From assembly GCA_000165425.1 (NCBI GenBank), contig CT868049.1:124001-188000 (forward strand): a stretch of 64,000 bases of DNA, read 5' to 3'. This document shows, piece after piece, positions 12,044 through 29,899 of the stretch; positions within the stretch are counted from its first letter, which is position 1, and every line of letters starts with the position of its first letter. The position numbers and the translations under genes are program-made. The stretch is from Paramecium tetraurelia (lineage: Eukaryota). Under the pieces are notes generated by a model that worked only from the letters and a program-made list of their open reading frames with translations, was not told where the DNA came from and made no database searches.

Positions 12044-14412
12044 ATGCGATATCAGCAATTAGTAACTCATGTAATCGACCTCATCAAATCTTACAATCCC
12101 ATTATCCTGACTCCAGACTCTCACTGTGAACAATACATCCAAGAAAATTGCAAGAAACTCTTCGATACCGAAATCATGTTTTTGAAGCAAGTATAAAATT
12201 CGATCTCATTCCAAATAGGTCTTCTCTGGAGTGCAACGATACGAGGAGTTCCTTAAAATCCTCACCAAGACCATGTTCACTCTGCTGTCCAGCACAACCA
12301 ATAGAAATGATGCGACCCTCTATCATATCTTCTCCTATCTCATTTTGTTCCGATTGGATGAATTACCCTACAACGAATTCAAGAAAATGGTCAACGAACA
12401 AGACCCAGTCAAGATGAATGTCCTATTGCAATTTCTATTTGACATCGATAAAATTACCACGCATATCAAACCCCTTTGGAATGACATCTATGATCCTCAA
12501 TACATACAGGAAACTGTCATTGGAGGACTAGAATAACACTTCCCCATGATGAAAGATCTATTAAGTTCTCTGAGCTCAAGAGCCACTGGAAAACAAAGCG
12601 AACTCGTCCAAGAGGATGAGAGACCTGAATCAGCCACAAAAAAATAACCGACCAAAACTATGCCCTTCAAATTGAGTGAAACCAAGAAAAAGCCAGAACC
12701 ACCTCCTCCTCCTAAACCAGAGTTATATAAAAGCAAACCTGTTCCAAGTAATCTCAATAAAAAAACTTTGCAATAGATTGAAGAAGACAATAAGCTTAGA
12801 TTTGAGCAATCTAAAAAAAAGGTTCAAGAAACCTATAAGGATGCAAAGTAATTTGAATTCAAAACAGATCTTCGACCAAACAATTATGAAACTGTCAAAA
12901 AGGAAGTTGAAGACACTCTCAATCAATAATTATAGTTCAACATGAAAATCGCTAAGCCTGCCCCTGTTGACTTGGAGACAGCTGAAATCAAATTGAATGC
13001 AGCAGCCATCTTGAGGGAGGAAATGCTATTAAAGAAGAAACAAGAGATTGAAAGGGAGAGAGTCAAAAACTTAGAAGTTAATCTCAGAGATTCAGGAGAA
13101 TTCGAAGAATGGAAGAGGTAGCAAGAGGAAGAAGAGTAAATAGCTAGAATGGAACACTAATAATAAAAGAAGATAGAAATGGAATTAGCAAGAGAGGCAG
13201 CTATGAGAGCGTAGGAGGAGAAATTTAAAGAGAATAGAATATTGGCTGAAAAAATGAAGGTTGAGGCTGTGGAACGATTAAAGGAAAGATAAGAATTGTA
13301 GTAAGAATAAGTTGAGTATAAAAAGTAATTAATTGAGCAAATTATGGAAGCTGAGAAGAAGGTGTATTTGTAAGTAGAAAAAGTGCAAGAAAAGAATAAG
13401 CAAATGGCTGAGGATTAGAAATTAGAAATGGCTAGGATGCTGGAATTAAAGAGACAGGAAGATGAGTAAATTAGAATTAAGAGAGAAGAATTAATTAAAT
13501 AAATTAGGGAATTAGAAAGGTAACCAATCAAAAGGACCAAGGGATATGATCCTACTGAAACTATGGGTTATGGTCTATTGGAAGAAATGTCATTAGCTGA
13601 ATTAAGAGATAGATTAGAAATCGTGAAGGCGGAGAGAAAGGCAGAAGAAGAGGACAAAAGAAAAGAGATTGTTACATAGAAGGATGAGTACTTATCATCA
13701 ATGTAAAGGAAGGTACAGGAAATTAAAGCACATCGCTAAGCTGAATCATAGCAGAAAGACATGGAGAGGGAAGCCAAGAGGATGAAAAAGCAGAAGGAAG
13801 AAGAGCTGAGAAAAAGGATTAGGGAGGAACAATTGCTTTAAGTTTAAAATAAGATTAGCAGCAAAAAGCAAGTCAAGAGTGCTGAGGAATAAAGAATAGC
13901 AGCAGAAGTTAGAGAAACAAAACTTAGACAACAATATATGAATGCTAATAAAGCTATGGTGGAAATGAAGGCTTGGAAGTCTCAATAGGATGGTATGATA
14001 GAAGAATAATTGGTTAGGTTTGGAGAGAGAAATCAAGAATAGACAGAATGAGAAGTTGATTGTATAGGAGGGAGTCGAATCTGTTAATTTAAGAGAAAGG
14101 AAGATCTTGGCTGAGTAAGCTAAGAGATTGGTGAAGGCTAAGGTTGATTTCAATTAGGCATATGATCATGAATTGAAGACTGCTTATCAAATGAATGATT
14201 AGTTGCATTTAGATGAGGCTGAAAATAGAACGAAAATGCACAACATTCAAAGAGAATGGAAGGAAGAACATACTAAAAATATGATCACTAGAGATGAATA
14301 TAAATAGAAAATCTCAGAAATTTCATTAAAAAATTCAAAAAAAAAACTATAAAATATAAAATAGGAGTTTAGTAGATAAATAGAATAACTACCTTCAGCT
14401 TAGTATTCTTGA
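12044..14412 (+). CDS. CFAP99: Cilia- and flagella-associated protein 99-like
   Basis: FSYLILFRLDEL, PTKTMPFKLSETKKKPEPPPP, EIKLNAAAILREEMLL, LRDSGEFEEWK and GYGLLEEMSLAELRDRL match CFAP99 motifs; long coiled coil; 2 tiny introns. Confidence 0.85.
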
Positions 14413-14484
14413 TGTTTCATCATATATTCAAACTAAAGATATTTGTTTATAATATAATATACTTGGTGATCTATTATATAAAAA

Positions 14485-16736
14485 TCACATTCCAAGAAAT
14501 CTTTTTGTTTTATTAATAGTTTCCGCTGCAGTCTTCTTTACCTTATCCATTACTGCTTCACTGGTTTGTCGTTGGAATGTTTATCTATTTTGTTATAATA
14601 TGTAAAATACTATGGATCCTATTTCAAGAGTTTCTATGCATTTTTCAATACTAGCAATGTCTTCTTGATAGTATCTCTTTCGATTGTGATGTATTCAGGC
14701 TAAATCTAATTAATTCTTTTACTTCAGACATCAATCCCATAACTGATTAACTTTTCATGATTTCATTATATAATTAGAATTGCATTTGTTCTTAAGCAGC
14801 TCTAACCAAGAAATATCCTATTGCCTTAGGAATAGAATCTCTTAAGTTTCTTATGACTATTCTAAAGTATGCATCTAATCTTCTGCTCAATTCTTAAGCC
14901 AAAACCTTCTCAGGGTCTGTATCTTTATTGGATGCCTATGCAGCAGGTTTATTTGAAGTTGTGGTTGTGGTATTAGTATTGGTTGTGCCTGCAGCATTGT
15001 CACCAGGGGGAGCAGCAGCAGGATTTTTTTAATCCTCTTTATCCTCTTACTAATATGATATAGAAAATAGATAATTACTGGAATGATGCTAGCATTCATG
15101 GTTAAGTAATCTTAATCATTTGTGAAAATGTATCCTAATTCAGCATCAACCAAATTTTCAACTACTACTTTAGTTTTGTTCTTTTATTCTGTAAGTACTT
15201 AAGAACTAATATCTGAAATAGCATCTAAAATGGTTGGGAATCTATAAAACACTTTTTTTAAAATGCTATTAGACAGTGAGTCAACATAGGTAAACACTTC
15301 ATTCAGAGTATCTATTGCAGGTTCTCTTAATTTCTCAAGTTGTGGCATAATTAAATATAAAAAGCTATCGAAAGATGGAAATCCTGGAATGGAATCCCCT
15401 TGATGTAATCTAATGGCTTCTTTGATTTCTCTATCTGTGTACTCTCGACTGACTCTGTAATTTTTGCCTGCTTATCTAAATCCTATTACTAATAGAATAC
15501 TCATTATATAGATCATTCAAGTATAATTTCACTTAAGCTCCTCCAGAGATTTGAGTATCTTTCTGTAATGCTTATTTGACATCGAATTTTCCTCTTAATT
15601 TGTTATTTAGATTTTCTGTGTACTCAGTCAACATATTCCATATGACTTGCATTTTCTCCTTGTTATCTCTAGGCAATCCTGGACCAAGTTGAGCGAGTTT
15701 AACTTCGCAATCTTATACTTTTTGGTCGATTTCCCTAATGATCTGAGGCAAGGATGCTCGAATACTTTTATGATATTGAAGATAAATACTGTTTGAACAG
15801 AATATTAGTTAACTTCTGAATCAGAGCCTTTGTTCCCATGATATCTGGAGGCATCTGAGAGTACAAAGGGTGTTTTGCGAAGAAATCAGTCTCTCTTTAC
15901 AATGCAACACCAACTCTGACCTTCTCGTTGATGTCTTTTTAATTTCTATTTTTGACACCAACAAAACCCAATTTCAATGGAATTATTTATCCTAACAATT
16001 CCTTTCTGCAATCTGTTCCTTGATCCATGATATCAATCTAGATTTACGATGAATTACTACCTTTGTAATCACACCCAAAGTTCTTGATCCTGTGGGATCT
16101 AATTTGATTGCTAATTGAAGTCCATCACTAGTTGATAAATCCTGATTGGCTGGACACACAGCCAAGATTATTGTTCTCTCATCTTAACAATAATGAGTGG
16201 CCATCTCTAAGGTGACTTTTTCAATGTCTTCTCTTTGTCCTTTGATTGCTATTCTTGTAATTCCTGGTAAATCGATCACTGTCAAGTCTGGACAATCACT
16301 TGAATAGACAGTCATTACTATAGGATCGGGGACGACATCTAGTTTATAATTATCATTCCAAAATACCTTTTGAATTTCCTGTTGCTTTATCTGTCAATTC
16401 TACAATGTATTCTCTAACCTTCTCAAAATCAAAGAATTTCTGATCTTTGCACACTTCGAACACTGCCCATGGTTTTAATGCATCAGGTTTATGAATCAAT
16501 CTCATTTCCAAAGGTCTTCTTGTCACTATACCTTCTCCTCTTGGTAGGAAATCCAATCCGACAATGTTTTCCAAAAGACTACTTTTTCCTGCACTCTAAC
16601 TTCCCAACACAGCTATTCTGGGTAACTTTATGTACTCCTAAACTCCTAAGTCTCTCAACTGATCGATGAGTGTAATCAAAGATCTTAAATTATCGAAAAG
16701 CTATCCCTATAATGAATTATCTTTTTATTCTGACAT
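14485..16736 (-). CDS. Dynamin-related GTPase (GTPase-middle-GED; no PH/PRD seen)
   Basis: [80 protein letters not shown] and a GED ([25 protein letters not shown]). Confidence 0.96.
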
Positions 16737-17153
16737 TATTTAATTTAATTTATATATATTAAAATCATTAATATTGAGATTTAAAGAAAATAAAATATTG
16801 TCAAGGCTTAGTATTTTATTGATACAAATCTCACAAATCAAAATAATAATTTTACAGTGATTTCATCTCTCATATGATATCATTCACTTTTATTATTACA
16901 TACAATGCAAATAAGATTAGATTACAAAATATATGATCATTTGATATTTTTTTATATCTTTTTTATTTACTAATAGAGATTGGTGTATATTTGCAGGTTT
17001 TCTTAGTGTAATTCATCAATTGAATTAACAATAGCAGCAATACCTCAAATGTGATCTTCATGTCTAAGTTAACTAATTTGATAAATTGGATAAATAATTA
17101 CCAACATAATGTAAACATGGCAATTCTTATCAATCTTCTCTTTTCGATATCAG

Positions 17154-17736
17154 TCAATTGAAATTTTATTTTAAAAGTATATCATCACTTGATTTAAATA
17201 TATTATTAACATTTTTATCGTTCACTCTATTTAAGCCCGACTCATCACTCTTTTGTTTTTCCTTCCCCATCCGTCTCACCAGTAAATTATCTCTAGTCAT
17301 TTCTATCGCATCCATCAATCTATTGACATTGCGATCACACCATAAGTCAACTACTCCCATAGAGCCATCGTTAGCCAACTCTCCAAAGGCTTCATGAACC
17401 TATTTGATAAGTGGCTACAAATAATAGTTGTTCTTTTTATCATGCGTTCCGAATCCAAATTTTAGGAATGTTAATTTTTTTCGTCTTTGATTTATTGTTT
17501 ACCTTTCCATAAGTCGTCTCTTTTCTATTAAATTTCAGTTTTTGGAATGACATACGAGGTTTATGAAGCCATTTCCCTCGTATATGACCTAGAGCAAACT
17601 AATTCTTCACACTCTCCTATAAGATATCAAAATTAGGTATCATAGATGGTTCTGTCTTGGTTCTTTTAGATAAAAAATTTCTATGACTCGAAATCAGTTG
17701 GCCCTGACTCTGTAAATTCTCTCTTTAAGTTTGCAT
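17154..17736 (-). CDS. Hypothetical protein
   Basis: MQTQRENLQSQGQLISSHRNFLSKRTKTEP... with one intron (gtatgtcattccaaaaactgaaatttaatag) joining to ...VVDLWCDRNVNRLMDAIEMTRDNLL...NFN*. Confidence 0.7.
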
Positions 17737-17768
17737 CAATTTATAATTAATAGTAAGAATTAATAAAT

Positions 17769-19287
17769 TCAATATTGTCTTCTGTCCATCAAGATATTAC
17801 TTAAATACGTTTTTGTTTATCTTAGTTCCTCAATCTATTACTGTTACTGTTAATTTTAGTATTTAAAGTATTGTACATCATTCCTTAGCAACTCGCATTC
17901 CTCCCTCAATTAAACACACTCTTCTTCCAAATTCATTTAATCCTATATTTAATCCTTCTCTTATGTCTGTCTAATCTAATCTCGTAAACCTGTGTATTCC
18001 AATTACACCTTTAGAAACATACTCTTCTCAACATTTAAAGCCTATTGCAATTCCGAAACCTATCTCTTTAAAGCTTGTTATTCCGATTTCAAATCCTCAT
18101 TTTAGTTGTATAGTTTTTCGAATTCCACTTCTTTGTTTTAAGTGCAAGCCTGTAACCTCTCTTTCAAAATAGTCTCACTTTCAAGTTCCCCTCTTATTTC
18201 CATTATCTTATCTTAAAGTCTTTTAACCTAAGCAGTTAATTGTTTAACTTCGCTTTCATTGTCATTTTTGACCTACTTCTTGCTGTTTCTCATATCAATC
18301 AATAGGGTTTATTGTTCAATCAATTATTGACTAAATTGATTTATTTATTAATCCTTCTCCTACAATTATGCCTCCTAAGCTTTTACTATTACATTTAATT
18401 TATCGTATTTATTTTCCAAGTCAACCAATACTTAATTCTTATGTTCTATCCTCTTACTCAATTAATGAAACTATATGCAAATAATTAAATAAACATACTT
18501 CAGATTGATTGCCTTATTGTTGCAATTTAAAATCATTATAATCCTATTCCAATGATTCATACATCTTTGATATTTTCTTCATCTACAAAGATTGCTCATT
18601 ATACTTTCTGTCCATTCTCTCAATATCATTAATAAGATCATTGTTCTTTTTCATCAATTAATCAACTACTTTATCTTTTTTGTTGCTCTCCCCTTTCAAA
18701 CTTTCATTTTGTTGATATAAATTCTTTATGGTTGTCTCCTACTTGAATATGGTTCCTTTATACATGTCCTCGCATTCCTTTAGAGTTTACATGATATTGT
18801 TCAATTCATTATTTGATTCTGATAATTAATTTTATAATTTTTATTTCTCTTAATTTAGAATCTGTTCATTATATTTTAACTGTTTATTATTTTCACTCAT
18901 AACTTGCATCTTTTGAGTTGCCTCATTAATTGCTTATTTCAGCATATTGTTATTTTTATTTAAGTCCTCTATTCGATTCTGTTATTGAATCATCAATGCA
19001 TTCAATTCTTCCAATTAGGTAATCAAAATCTTAAGTTTTTATTCGCTCTGCTAAACATCTTTATTCTGCGTATTCAATAAGAATTAGTGTTCCTATTCCA
19101 AAGCCACATAAGCATGAGATAAGCGCTCAACCTCTGTAGAAACAAGCACAAAGTTTTTCATTATTGTCCATTTTTCAATCAAAGAGTCTTATTTTAATAA
19201 TTCTTAGAGAGTATTTTCAATTTCAATTTTGTCCTAGCGTAATTGGGTGACTTCTGCTTGGAGATTTGTCTAATTGTAATTTTGCAT
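17769..19287 (-). CDS. Coiled-coil protein
   Basis: MQNYNQTNLQAEVTQLRQDKIEIENTLQELLKQ...FVLVSTEVERL; E/Q/K/L heptad-like composition, intron near 18472-18499, TGA at 17769-17771. Confidence 0.75.
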
Positions 19288-19402
19288 TTATTGGAATAAA
19301 TTATCTTTATTTTATAAGTGTAATGTATATTATGTAAATAAAATTAAGTTTATAAAATGGTGATCTAAATATTAATTTCTTTACCTAATTTAATTTATAA
19401 TA

Positions 19403-21851
19403 ATGCAATTAAAAACTAAGCTATTGCTAACTTAATTGATCTTGTCCAATTTAATTAGTTTGATAAGGTCAGGAAGCTAAGAAACCAAAGATTTGATGAC
19501 GATTACTCTAAATTCAATTGGATTGTTATTGGATTTAATCATTTTTTGTTCGGAATATGCAAAACAAAAATAAAACCTTATTAACATTTAGATTCAAATA
19601 AACATTATTGTGTAACTGGAAACACTCTTTTACGATGTCTAAAACACCAATAATTACTTCACTGTCATATACCTGCTATTAATGCAAATTGATTTGAAAA
19701 AATAACATCAATGCTACTAATTTTTAACTCATACGATCTGCTTATATGTTTTTACTCGACTCGCTGCCTAATTCTATGTGTAATTTACTACTTCCTAGTT
19801 TATTCTCTTTGTTCTTTGGTAACCCCTTAATCATTTAATTTTATACAAAGAAAAGTCCTAAAATGAAATCCGAAAACCAAGTCCCACTTCTCAATCATAA
19901 AGACAACCTAATCACAATGCCCATTTCAGCTATATGGAATAATGTTAGTAGAATCTGATCGATGAGAATACCCCACATATCGATAGGAACATCAATGTAG
20001 CTCTCGATGAGGATCTACTCAACTATCTCCCCTACGGATTAGTTCTCATAGACACCAACCTTCAAGTCATAAAGCACAACGAGAAATTGATGAGTTACTT
20101 GATGATAAATCAAGCAGATTAAATTTTGAATCATTTAGATTAATTACTGTCCAAGTAACATTTATTCGTATGAATTAGTGCCTAACTGAATTCAATAAAA
20201 TCTAGTCCGCATACAAAGCACAAACCGCATATTGTTCCCTTGAGGAAATTGAAATAAAATTCAGCCAGTCAATATTAATATAATACTGGCATCAAATCTA
20301 ATAGCGCTAACTGGTTGTCGGATAGGCTGAAGGTCAACATCTAGAATAAAGGGTCCTTCAAATCGAGCATCTAAGAAGCAGGAACCCATTCCTATATTTA
20401 ATTTGTCATGAGTGAATTTTTAAATAAAAGCTTCATTAAGATTAATCCTTCAGAAAATCTATCCATGGCATCTGATTAGACTCGCATGTTTAAGTTTCAT
20501 GTAGTGAAAGATCTCAAGGTCAGAAAGAAGCACTTTTAGATTAAAGTTTATGAAGTAAAACTATAAACGAAAACAAAAGATATTGCATTCCTATTTATAA
20601 TTGAAAATATTACAAATAAAGAGGAGTTGAAGGAATTGACTAGTAGATTCAAATTTCAATAAGCATTATTGAATTCATTCAGTCATGAATTACGAACACC
20701 TTTAAATAGTTCATTACCTTTATTGCAAATTTTAAGTAAAAAAATAGATGATACCCTCAATGATAACTACTTATAGTTAGCAATTGTCTCTTGTCGTAGA
20801 TTACTGTTTTAAATAAACGACATATTAGATTATGCATAAATAGAATGCGAGGATTTTAAGTTGAATTCAAACAATTTTTTAGCAAGTGATATTTTTGATG
20901 ATCTAAAAGAATTATTTTAATAAGAATGCTCATAAAAATAGATTGAATTAATTCTAAATTATAATTCTCAAATAACAATCTACAGTGACAAATTAAGAAT
21001 AACCTAAATTTTAGTTAACTTATTAAACAATTCAATCAAATTCACAAAGTAAGGAGGCAGAATAGTTTTGTCTTTAAAAAAGAGAGTCTCTTAATGCATA
21101 TTTTCAGTGTGGGATAATGGTGAAGGAATATCCAATGAAGAAATGTTGACACTCTCAAATTAATCCATGTACTATTAATTAGGATCGAATAAAATGGGAT
21201 TGGGCTTGAGAGTTTCAAAAGGAATAGCAAAGTTTTTAGGTGGAGATGGCGAGTTGCAAATAAAGAGTGAAAAAGGATTTTACACAATTGTTAGCTTTTC
21301 GATAGAGGAGTCTGTCAGTACAATGATGAAAGATGAGGATTCATCAATACGGGACATAGAGGAATTAGGATCTGACACGAAGAACTCAGCATAAAGAGTA
21401 TATATATCTTCAAGGAAATTCCTGAATCATTGTGAATGCAATCAAATTTTGATTGTTGATGATGTACCTTTCAATCATATCACTTTAATTGCATTACTTC
21501 AAAATTATGGATACAAGGCAGATAGTGCATACGATGGGGATTCTGCAATCAAGAAAGTGAGATAGAGATAGTAAAATATTTGTTGCAAAGCCTATAAAAT
21601 AATATTTATGGACATTGAAATGCCAGGGAAGAATGGGTTTACTACTAGTAGTGAGGTATTATATTAAAAATCAATTAGAGATTTCTAAACTATTACAAAA
21701 TGAACGATAAAAATCCATCATTGTGATGTGTTCTGCTTATAATGGGTTGGAAAATGCAGAGTTAGCACATTAGAGTGGAATGAATGAAATAATTTCGAAA
21801 CCTATTTCATTGGATTCTCTATAAACACTTTTAGGGAAATACTTTTGTTGA
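19403..21851 (+). CDS. Hybrid histidine kinase (hydrophobic N-terminus, PAS-like, HisKA, HATPase_c, receiver)
   Basis: LLNYLPYGLVLIDTNLQVIKHN (PAS-like), H-box FSHELRTPLN, N-box QILVNLLNNSIKFT, G1 DNGEGI, G2 MGLGL, receiver LIVDDVPFN...IIFMDIEMPGKNG...KPI. Confidence 0.94.
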
Positions 21852-21882
21852 ATTTCTTAAACTTTTTTAATATATAATATAA

Positions 21883-22293
21883 TCAAATTCCATTGAATTC
21901 TATGACCATTGGTTTAATGAGTTTATTAAGATTTATTTGGTGAAATGGGTTGTAATTAGAGGCTCGATATAATCCATATATCTTTTCGAAAATTGCCAAT
22001 AAGTTTAATTTTTCTGTTCCTTGCTTGATAAATATGATCATTTTCAATTGTGTTATCGTTATATAAGCATGCACATCATAATCATTATTTGGCAAATAGA
22101 TTGTATACAATACTCCTAAATAAGGTTCTGTTGTTGTCCCTCCATTCAATTTCTTTTATAAGATAGGACTAATTAGTTGTAGAGCTGTGTAAGTTTGAAA
22201 TTTGAAATGCACTTGATCCTCAGTATCTATGTAATAATCAATAAAGTTTAGTTTGTCCTACGAATCTATTATAGCTATACAGGCAATAGACAT
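21883..22293 (-). CDS. TRAPPC2L: TRAPP complex subunit 2-like (Sedlin family)
   Basis: Intronless 136-aa ORF MSIACIAIIDSQDKLNFI...EPYLGVLY...DYDVHAYITITQLKMII...IFEKIYGLYRASNYNPF. Confidence 0.85.
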
Positions 22294-22309
22294 TTTAATT
22301 TAATATTAT

Positions 22310-23384
22310 ATGATAATTGAAACAATTTACATATGGATAATCTGGTTGATTTTAAAAATACCTCAATTGGATGTTAAAGAGAAAATAGATGCAGAAGTCT
22401 ATAATGAATTTGCAACTAGTAATGAAAAATTCAAATATTCTTTATTCAACTCCCTCTATTAGAATTTAGAACCAAAACCATTACCACGATTTAAAGTTAT
22501 GCAATCTATGAATTATTTGATTGTAAATAATTCAACCATTATTGAATATGATAAAGAATGTATGCATTCATAGAGTATGAGATTTTAGAGTATAATAAAT
22601 CAACAACGAGGATCAGAGCATTTGCCAGCAGAAGAGAAATCATACCTACATGAAAGAGTTACTATTAAGTTTTTAGGTCATCAACATTTCCAATTGTTCT
22701 ATCTCATACAAACAATAATAAAATAGACTTAAGAGTAGTGATATAACATTGAAATCTATATAATGCAAAGATATGAAAGTGATTGATTAATTCAATTTCT
22801 TATAGAAAGGGAAAGTCCTTATACTTGCTTGTAGAATAATGGCATCAATAAGGTTGCACATACTCTTTTAAAAGAATAATGACACAAATTTGATTTAGCT
22901 TTACGAATAACAAATATCGCTGAAAGAATTGACAAATTTATTTGTTTTATATCAAGCACACTCATCCGAGAAGTTCATTTTGATTATTAATGCAAAATTA
23001 TTATACTTTACATAGAATAAAATTGAATTTTACAAAATAGAACAAGTCGATGAAATATAATTCTCAGAAGACGGCACACAACTTTATGCAGTATATTATA
23101 TAAAATATCAATAGATGAGAAAAAGCATTGTTTATTTTGTCAGATTATAAATTTCGAAAGTGCAATTGGTTGAATTGGTTGATCAATAGAGCAAAGTCAT
23201 CAATAATAGACTTTTAGCATATAAATGTTGGAAATAAGGAGTATTACTATTAACTGATAAGGGATACTTGAGGTATCTTGAGGTAGACATTAAGGATTAA
23301 ATACATAAAATTACTATTTATGATGGATTTGGAGTGATTATGATTATGTTTGCATTGGTTTCAATCAAAGTAAATTATTTTTGA
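22310..23384 (+). CDS. Hypothetical protein with hydrophobic N- and C-termini
   Basis: MIIETIYIWIIWLILKIPQLDVK... A second long frame runs from ~22590 to TGA 23382-23384 and ends in IYDGFGVIMIMFALVSIKVNYF; joining them needs an intron near 22560-22590. Confidence 0.55.
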
Positions 23385-23454
23385 TAAATTGACATAAATT
23401 TTGCGAATTCATTTTTAATTAAAAATTAATTTTAAGAATAAAGAGTGGTATATT

Positions 23455-25589
<2,135 letters not shown>

Positions 25590-25929
25590 TTTATTGAATG
25601 TGTTATATTATAAGAAATTACACTAAATAATCATTGAATAATTCATTTGGTTTTTCTTAGAATTAAAATTAAATCTTTTTTTATCCTTTTTTAATTATTA
25701 CGTCAACAAATACACTATCATTCTTCTGTATACCATTTAATCTTCAAATTCATGTTAATAGTTAAGTTATAAATTTTTGGGATAACTCTTGCAAACAAAT
25801 GATGATGATATCAAAAATGCACTGTTATTGATAAATGACTTTGATGTAAAATTTGAAATAATTGTTAAATGAAAAAGGAGAATGTTAATCTAATAGATTT
25901 AAAAAAATTATGTGATTTTCAAGGAATTT

Positions 25930-26275
25930 GCTTGAATTGGTATTGGTCCCATTTATTATTCATATTTTCAGAACACTAAAATTTATTTGGATAGTACAAG
26001 TTCTGAATCTAATTAATTGTCAAAGACCTGCGAAACAGATTGAACAGTGTAATTATTTATAATAATACTTTCAGTATATTGTTGACACCTAGAATCACTA
26101 ATTTATTTTAGTAAATCTACTTGAAGATTCTTATAATCTCAATTTGATAGCCTACTTCTGATTCCTCAATTAGCAAAGGTTCATCATTTATGCATGGGTG
26201 CTCTTACAATTTCCAAACTTTATTGTCTAATGGAAACTGCTTTGAAGGTTTATTCTCAAATCTAAATTATGACAT
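25930..26275 (-). CDS. Hypothetical protein (3' end uncertain, may be degenerate)
   Basis: MSQFRFENKPSKQFPLDNKVWKLQEHPCINDEPLLIEESEVGYQIEIIRIF...; first in-frame TGA near 25935, with coding-like sequence continuing beyond it. Confidence 0.35.
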
Positions 26276-26845
26276 TAATTTAATATATTTATAAAACTAT
26301 ATAATCTAAATTCAAGTAGTCAAATCATCTACCAAAAATTTTTGTTTGTTTCTCATCACTCGTTTGGGTCTCATTCTGCTTTTTCGCTGGAACTGTTATA
26401 ACCAAAAACTACCTCAAAAATAGGCTAATGATGGTACAGATAACCAAAAAATTGAATGTGATGAGCTTTAATATATAATTATTGATTAATAGAAATTGTA
26501 CAGTTTTAGTTAAATTAAGTTTGAAAAAGAAAATATAATAAATTAATTAAGTATGAGAAGTCAACCAAAAAAAAATGTTAATCATCAAACACGTATGAGA
26601 GTTATCAAAATATTTACCAATAATAATGAATATCAACCAAATTGCAATTCTGATAAACTTATATTTACTACCAAGCATTAAATCTTGATATTAGAAGATA
26701 GTTAACATTATAATTTAAAAGTTCATTAAATGAAATATTTATAATTAATTTCCTCTATTTTCTAGATAAGGAGCTTAATAATCAACAGATTGTAATTAAA
26801 TTTTTTTTTATAATTCTTATTTAAATTATAAATTATTATAAGGTT

Positions 26846-27362
26846 ATGAACCCTGAAATTAATGAATAAGAATAGTTCATTATTTCTTTTAAATATTCAA
26901 TCAAAAATTTATGTACTAACTATCATACTAAAGATAACAAGTACTTATTGGAAATAGTAGATAATGAAGTTAAAAAGTCTTATTAATATATTTTGTTGAA
27001 TTTAGAATATTTCACGTTAGATTAAAATGATTATTTCTTTGGTTAACTCTTTTAGTTATTATTTAAGAATTATAGAGTTCCTTAAATAAAACCAATACTT
27101 CCATTTAGTATGACTACCTTGATTATTTTTAGAATTTGAATTTAATTAAAGATTATTCCTTCGTTGTTTAAATCCATTTGTTTTTTATAAAGAACTTTAT
27201 AAATTGAATCTTTCGATTTCTAAATTAAGTTGCTCACAACATTCTTCTATCATAATGTTTTTATATAATATAAAAATTCAATTTATTGTAGAATATCCTA
27301 AATTGTATCATGTTTTTTCTCATTTACTATTTATATAAAGTCTCCAAAATCTAAGATTCTGA
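26846..27362 (+). CDS. Hypothetical protein
   Basis: MNPEINEQEQFIISFKYSIKNLC... with intron gtatgactaccttgattatttttag restoring an open frame to TGA 27360-27362. Confidence 0.5.
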
Positions 27363-27405
27363 TCATAATATAAATTTTAATAAATATATATATAAATATA
27401 AAGAG

Positions 27406-27935
27406 TCATTTGATCGAGTTAAGATAATTTGTAAAATTCTTGTAATATCTGAATGATCGATTGGCATAATTGTCATCAGATTATAAAAAGAGTTTCATTT
27501 TATTTTAACGATTAGCGCATTATTAAAACGAGTATATTTGTGAAATTTGCGATAGTAGTTTCTACTACTAGGAACTAAATGGACGGATATGTGATTACTT
27601 TTTAGGTTTTTCAAGGGATATATGTTGTATCTAATTATTTATTTATATAGTATGATTACTGATTATTCCATGTCTAGGATTTCAGATTTAGCCTTTTCAG
27701 AGATCGAGGCATTCATTGGTCTCTCAATGATATGCCATCTTTACCTCAATTCTCTTACATCTTTTAGATGATTACGATATTTAATAATGTGTTCGTCATT
27801 CCAATTCTCTTATTCATGAAAGCTTAGTTACTTTTTGGTTTTGGCCAGTCTATTTTCGAATTTGGATTTGTTCTAAGGACAAGTCAAGGGCGAGGCCTAT
27901 ACTTTCTAGTTACGCCAACAGTATGAAGTTTTCAT
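27406..27935 (-). CDS. Hypothetical protein
   Basis: MKTSYCWRNQKVQASPLTCPQ...RELRQRWHIIERPMN... with a 29-nt intron; ends YKNFTNYLNSIK*. Confidence 0.7.
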
Positions 27936-27968
27936 TATTTTTATAAATTATATTGTCTTAAGCATAAA

Positions 27969-29611
<1,643 letters not shown>

Positions 29612-29899
29612 TTTTAAAATTATAATAAATAATATAATATATGACAATCCTTAAATTATATTTATTTTATAACATATTTCATATATATATATTTAGTGTA
29701 TTATATGAATTAAATTATAACATGTAAATTGGAATAATCATTAACTACACTTATAAGGAATAGGTACAAAGTTGTATCTTGATTGATTTTAGAAATTTTA
29801 ATTGGTTTATATCCATTCTTATTTCAAATTATAATTGGAAGTCATTATTTCAGAAGAAAATCGATATATATATCATATTCTTCAGTTTATTTTTTTTTA

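Noticed and set aside
19403..21851. Histidine kinase as bacterial contamination or recent HGT
   Set aside because: It uses TAA/TAG as Gln, has a tiny intron and matches host composition.
22739..23055. Run of in-frame TGAs suggesting Trp or Sec readthrough
   Set aside because: A different frame is fully open to 23384, so an intron-mediated frame change explains it better.
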